Assembly: GCF_006345805.1 (NCBI RefSeq)
Contig: NW_021827730.1
Coordinates: forward strand, 1 to 10,042
DNA: 10,042 nt
Direction of reading: 5' to 3'
Source of the DNA: Octopus sinensis
Taxonomy: Eukaryota
Positions within the stretch are counted from its first letter, which is position 1; each line of letters starts with the position of its first letter. Under the pieces are notes generated by a model. The model worked only from the letters and a program-made list of their open reading frames with translations, was not told the DNA's origin and did no database searches. Below, piece after piece: positions 6,596 through 10,042 of the stretch. Position numbers and translations under genes: made by a program.

Positions 6596-6817
6596 AGTTA
6601 ACAAGAATTGTGTTGGCATTTATACATTTAGGCAGGTTTAAAGGGGTGGTGTTGGGGGACTTTTTTGGGGGTAGGCATAGCGCAAAAATATCATACTTGG
6701 GGGAGTGGTCAAGGAATCAGTGGTAAATTAGATAAAAGAATAAATAAAAGAATAAAAAAATAAAAAAATAAAAAATATATAGAAGAATAAGTTTTAGGTA
6801 AATAAGGAGATTCTCAC

Positions 6818-7112
6818 TTATACATATACACATATGTATATATATACACACACACACATATACATACACACATACATACACACACACACACATATACATA
6901 TACATATATATATATACATATATATACATATATATACATATATATACATATACATGCATATATATATATACACACACACACATGTATATATACACACACG
7001 CCCACACATACATATACACACAAAATATATACATACACACACATACACATACACACATACACACATATCTACATACACACATGCACACACAAGTCCATAT
7101 ATACATATATAT

Positions 7113-7156
<44 letters not shown>

Positions 7157-7210
7157 TATATACATATGTGTACCTATACATACCTACACATACACACATA
7201 TACATACAAA
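6818..7210. repeat. Compound (TA)/(CA)/(TACA) microsatellite
   Basis: Read directly; it accounts for the Y/I/H/T/C/V/M-rich ORFs. Confidence 0.95.
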
Positions 7211-7334
7211 TACAAACCCATTCCCTAATTTAATTTTATTATATCTTCATTTATTACTTTTGTTATCTTTGACCGCGGGTCACAAGCATCTTGGCTACGA
7301 CAGCAAGTCCATTTATCTTTCTACTCGAACACAA

Positions 7335-7565
7335 GCACTCACTCACGCACGCACACTCATTAGCACGCACACTCACTCATTCGTACACTCATACAGATAC
7401 ACGCACGCATGCGTTATATTCATACATACATACATCTACATACATTCACATTATAACACATACGTACGCGTACCTACAGATTCATGTCTACACACGCTTA
7501 AGACTAGTCCATACATATACACCAATAAATATAATACACACACATACATATACACCTACATACAA

Positions 7566-7613
<48 letters not shown>

Positions 7614-7754
7614 ATATATACGTATTATACATACATATATATACATACACCCATACATACATACATATATACACATACACACACCCACACATATACATAT
7701 ACATACATATACGCGCATACATACACATACATATACATACACATACACATACAC

Positions 7755-7803
<49 letters not shown>

Positions 7804-8175
7804 CATACATGTACATACATACATATACATATATACACACACACATACATACACATATACATACACACACATACACATATACATGCATACCCATACACAC
7901 ACACACACACGTGCATCCATATATACATATAAGTACACACATGCGTAAAAGTGTACACATATCTATACATATGCTTACACATACACACACACACGCGCCT
8001 CCTTATGTTCATATACTTACATGCATACTCAAAAAATAAATAATAAAATATATATACGTGCAGTTATTCATATACATAATGCATACTCAAAAAATAAATA
8101 ATAAATATTAAGTATATATACGTGCAGTTACCTATTATACAGACGGATACATACATATAAACTTACACACACATA

Positions 8176-8248
<73 letters not shown>

Positions 8249-8345
8249 CTTACCATATGTACATATACATACATACATACATACATAACTCTACGTACCT
8301 ACATATACATAAACACACGAGCGTACACTATATGTACATATACAC

Positions 8346-8377
<32 letters not shown>

Positions 8378-8425
8378 TATAATATATACACATACATATA
8401 CATACACACACATACACATACACAC

Positions 8426-8485
<60 letters not shown>

Positions 8486-8579
8486 ATATCTGTATACACA
8501 TATACATACATATACATATACACACATACACGCACACACATATATATATACACACACACACATACATATACATACACAC

Positions 8580-8617
<38 letters not shown>

Positions 8618-9199
8618 GTGTGCATACATACATACATACTCATACACACACACACACTTACACATACATATATACACACACTTACACACATATATATATA
8701 TATATGTACATATACACACACATTCACATATATATATATTATATATATATATTATATATATATACCCACATACACATACACACATATATATACATATATA
8801 CATACATATACACACATACTCACGCACACACATATATATACATACATACACATACACATACATATATATATACATACATATATATATACATATACACATG
8901 TGTGTATACATACATACTCATACACACACACATACACACATATATATATATATACATATATACATATATATATATACACGTATATACACATAAGTACATA
9001 CATGCATAAATGTATACATATTTCTATAGAGGTGCATACACATACATACACTCACGCGCCACCTTATATACATAAATACATACATGCATACAAACGCATA
9101 CTCAAGTAATAAATAATAAGTAATAAGTAATAAGTGATAAGTATATATACATGCAGTTACCCTTTATACAGACGGAAACATTTATATAAACATACACGC
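7335..9199. repeat. Large compound microsatellite field with embedded diverged direct repeats (about 7931-8170 vs 8991-9199)
   Basis: TA/CA dinucleotide tracts surround a block ACGCGCC-CCTTAT...GCATACTCAA...GCAGTTACC-TATACAGACGGA that recurs about 1 kb apart. Confidence 0.85.
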
Positions 9200-10042
9200 G
9201 TGGGTATACTTCTTGCAGAGAAATGGGTAGGTAAGGTAATTGAGGTAGTCAGAGTAAGTGACAGAGTAATTAAAATTAGATTTGTTCTTCACCACAGGAC
9301 AGTTACCATCATCTCGGCATATGCCCCTCAACCAGGGCTACCGGAAGGACAAAAAGACCAATTCTATGACACCCGATTGCGAACTACCTCGTTGACAAAT
9401 GACAGTGACCTTCTCTTCGTGGCAGGTGATTTCAATGGACATGTCGGACGGCATGTCGGGGGCTTCCATGGCGTCTATGGAGGCTACGGTTTCGGCTCTC
9501 GTAATGAGGAGGGAACCACGCTGCTGGAGTTCTGCGATGCAAATGACCTTATGGTCTGCAATACCAACTTCAGGAAACTCCTCCTCTCACCTAGTCACCT
9601 ACCGTTCTGGCAGACACAACCAGCCAGATTGACTACCTCCTTGCCAGAAAAAGGGAAAGAGGGCTGATTATAAATGCCAAAACATTTCCAGGCGAAGAAT
9701 GCACTCCTCAACATAGATTAGTAGTTAGCGACTTCAGGATCAGAGCTAAACGGTTGCCCAGAAGAAGACCTGCTTGGAGGAGAAGGGTCTGGAAGCTTAA
9801 AGATCCTGCAAATGGACAGAGATTTAGAGACATACTACTCGAAGCCTTTGACGAAATAGAAGGGGATATAGCTACACTTAATGTGGAAGACAACTGGAGA
9901 TTTCTACGGGACAATCTGCTGACAGCCACTGACCAGATCTGTGGATGGAGCAAAGTACCATCTCAACCCAGAGTAACATGGTGGTGGAACACTGTGGTTG
10001 AGAGGGCTATTAGACAAAAGAGACAGGCTTGGAAGGACTGGA
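9200..10042 (+). mobile_element. RTE-clade LINE fragment: apurinic endonuclease domain and linker, two +1 frameshifts; runs off the window end
   Basis: Translation gives VGILLAEKW...VSDRVIKIRF...IISAYAPQPG...AGDFNGHVG...RNEEGTTLLEFCDANDLMVCNTNFRK, then SHLVTYRSG, then QIDYLLARK...PQHRLVVSDF...WKLKD...TWWWNTVV. SAYAPQ, GDFNGHVG, QIDY and QHRLVV are APE motifs of RTE ORFs. The frameshifts are near 9580 and 9620. The final frame is open to the window end. Confidence 0.95.

Overview
This is AT-rich, repeat-dense eukaryotic non-coding DNA. The SINE and LINE sequences resemble octopus families as I recall them, so the taxon is an inference that still needs a database search. I found no host gene. 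Most ORFs in the track are (TA)n/(CA)n microsatellite artefacts. The real coding remnants are decayed non-LTR retrotransposons: RTE-type pieces at 1-233 (-), 4888-5780 (+) and 9200-10042 (+), and a CR1/L2-like 3' end at 3455-3818 (-). There are also two tRNA-type SINE copies. The main result is a cluster of type I hammerhead ribozyme motifs that I folded by hand: 806-869 (-) with an inverted duplicate at 1029-1093 (+), 4470-4566 (-), 6546-6595 (-), and a degenerate remnant near 6066-6144 (+). The first two sit in long divergent inverted repeats (194 bp and about 95 bp arms), each with one arm ending in (TA)n. This layout matches the inverted pseudo-LTR remnants of Penelope-like retroelements, a class known to carry hammerheads. 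A third, AT-degraded foldback of about 510 bp (2825-3333) has the same layout. Ribozyme activity and family novelty are untested.
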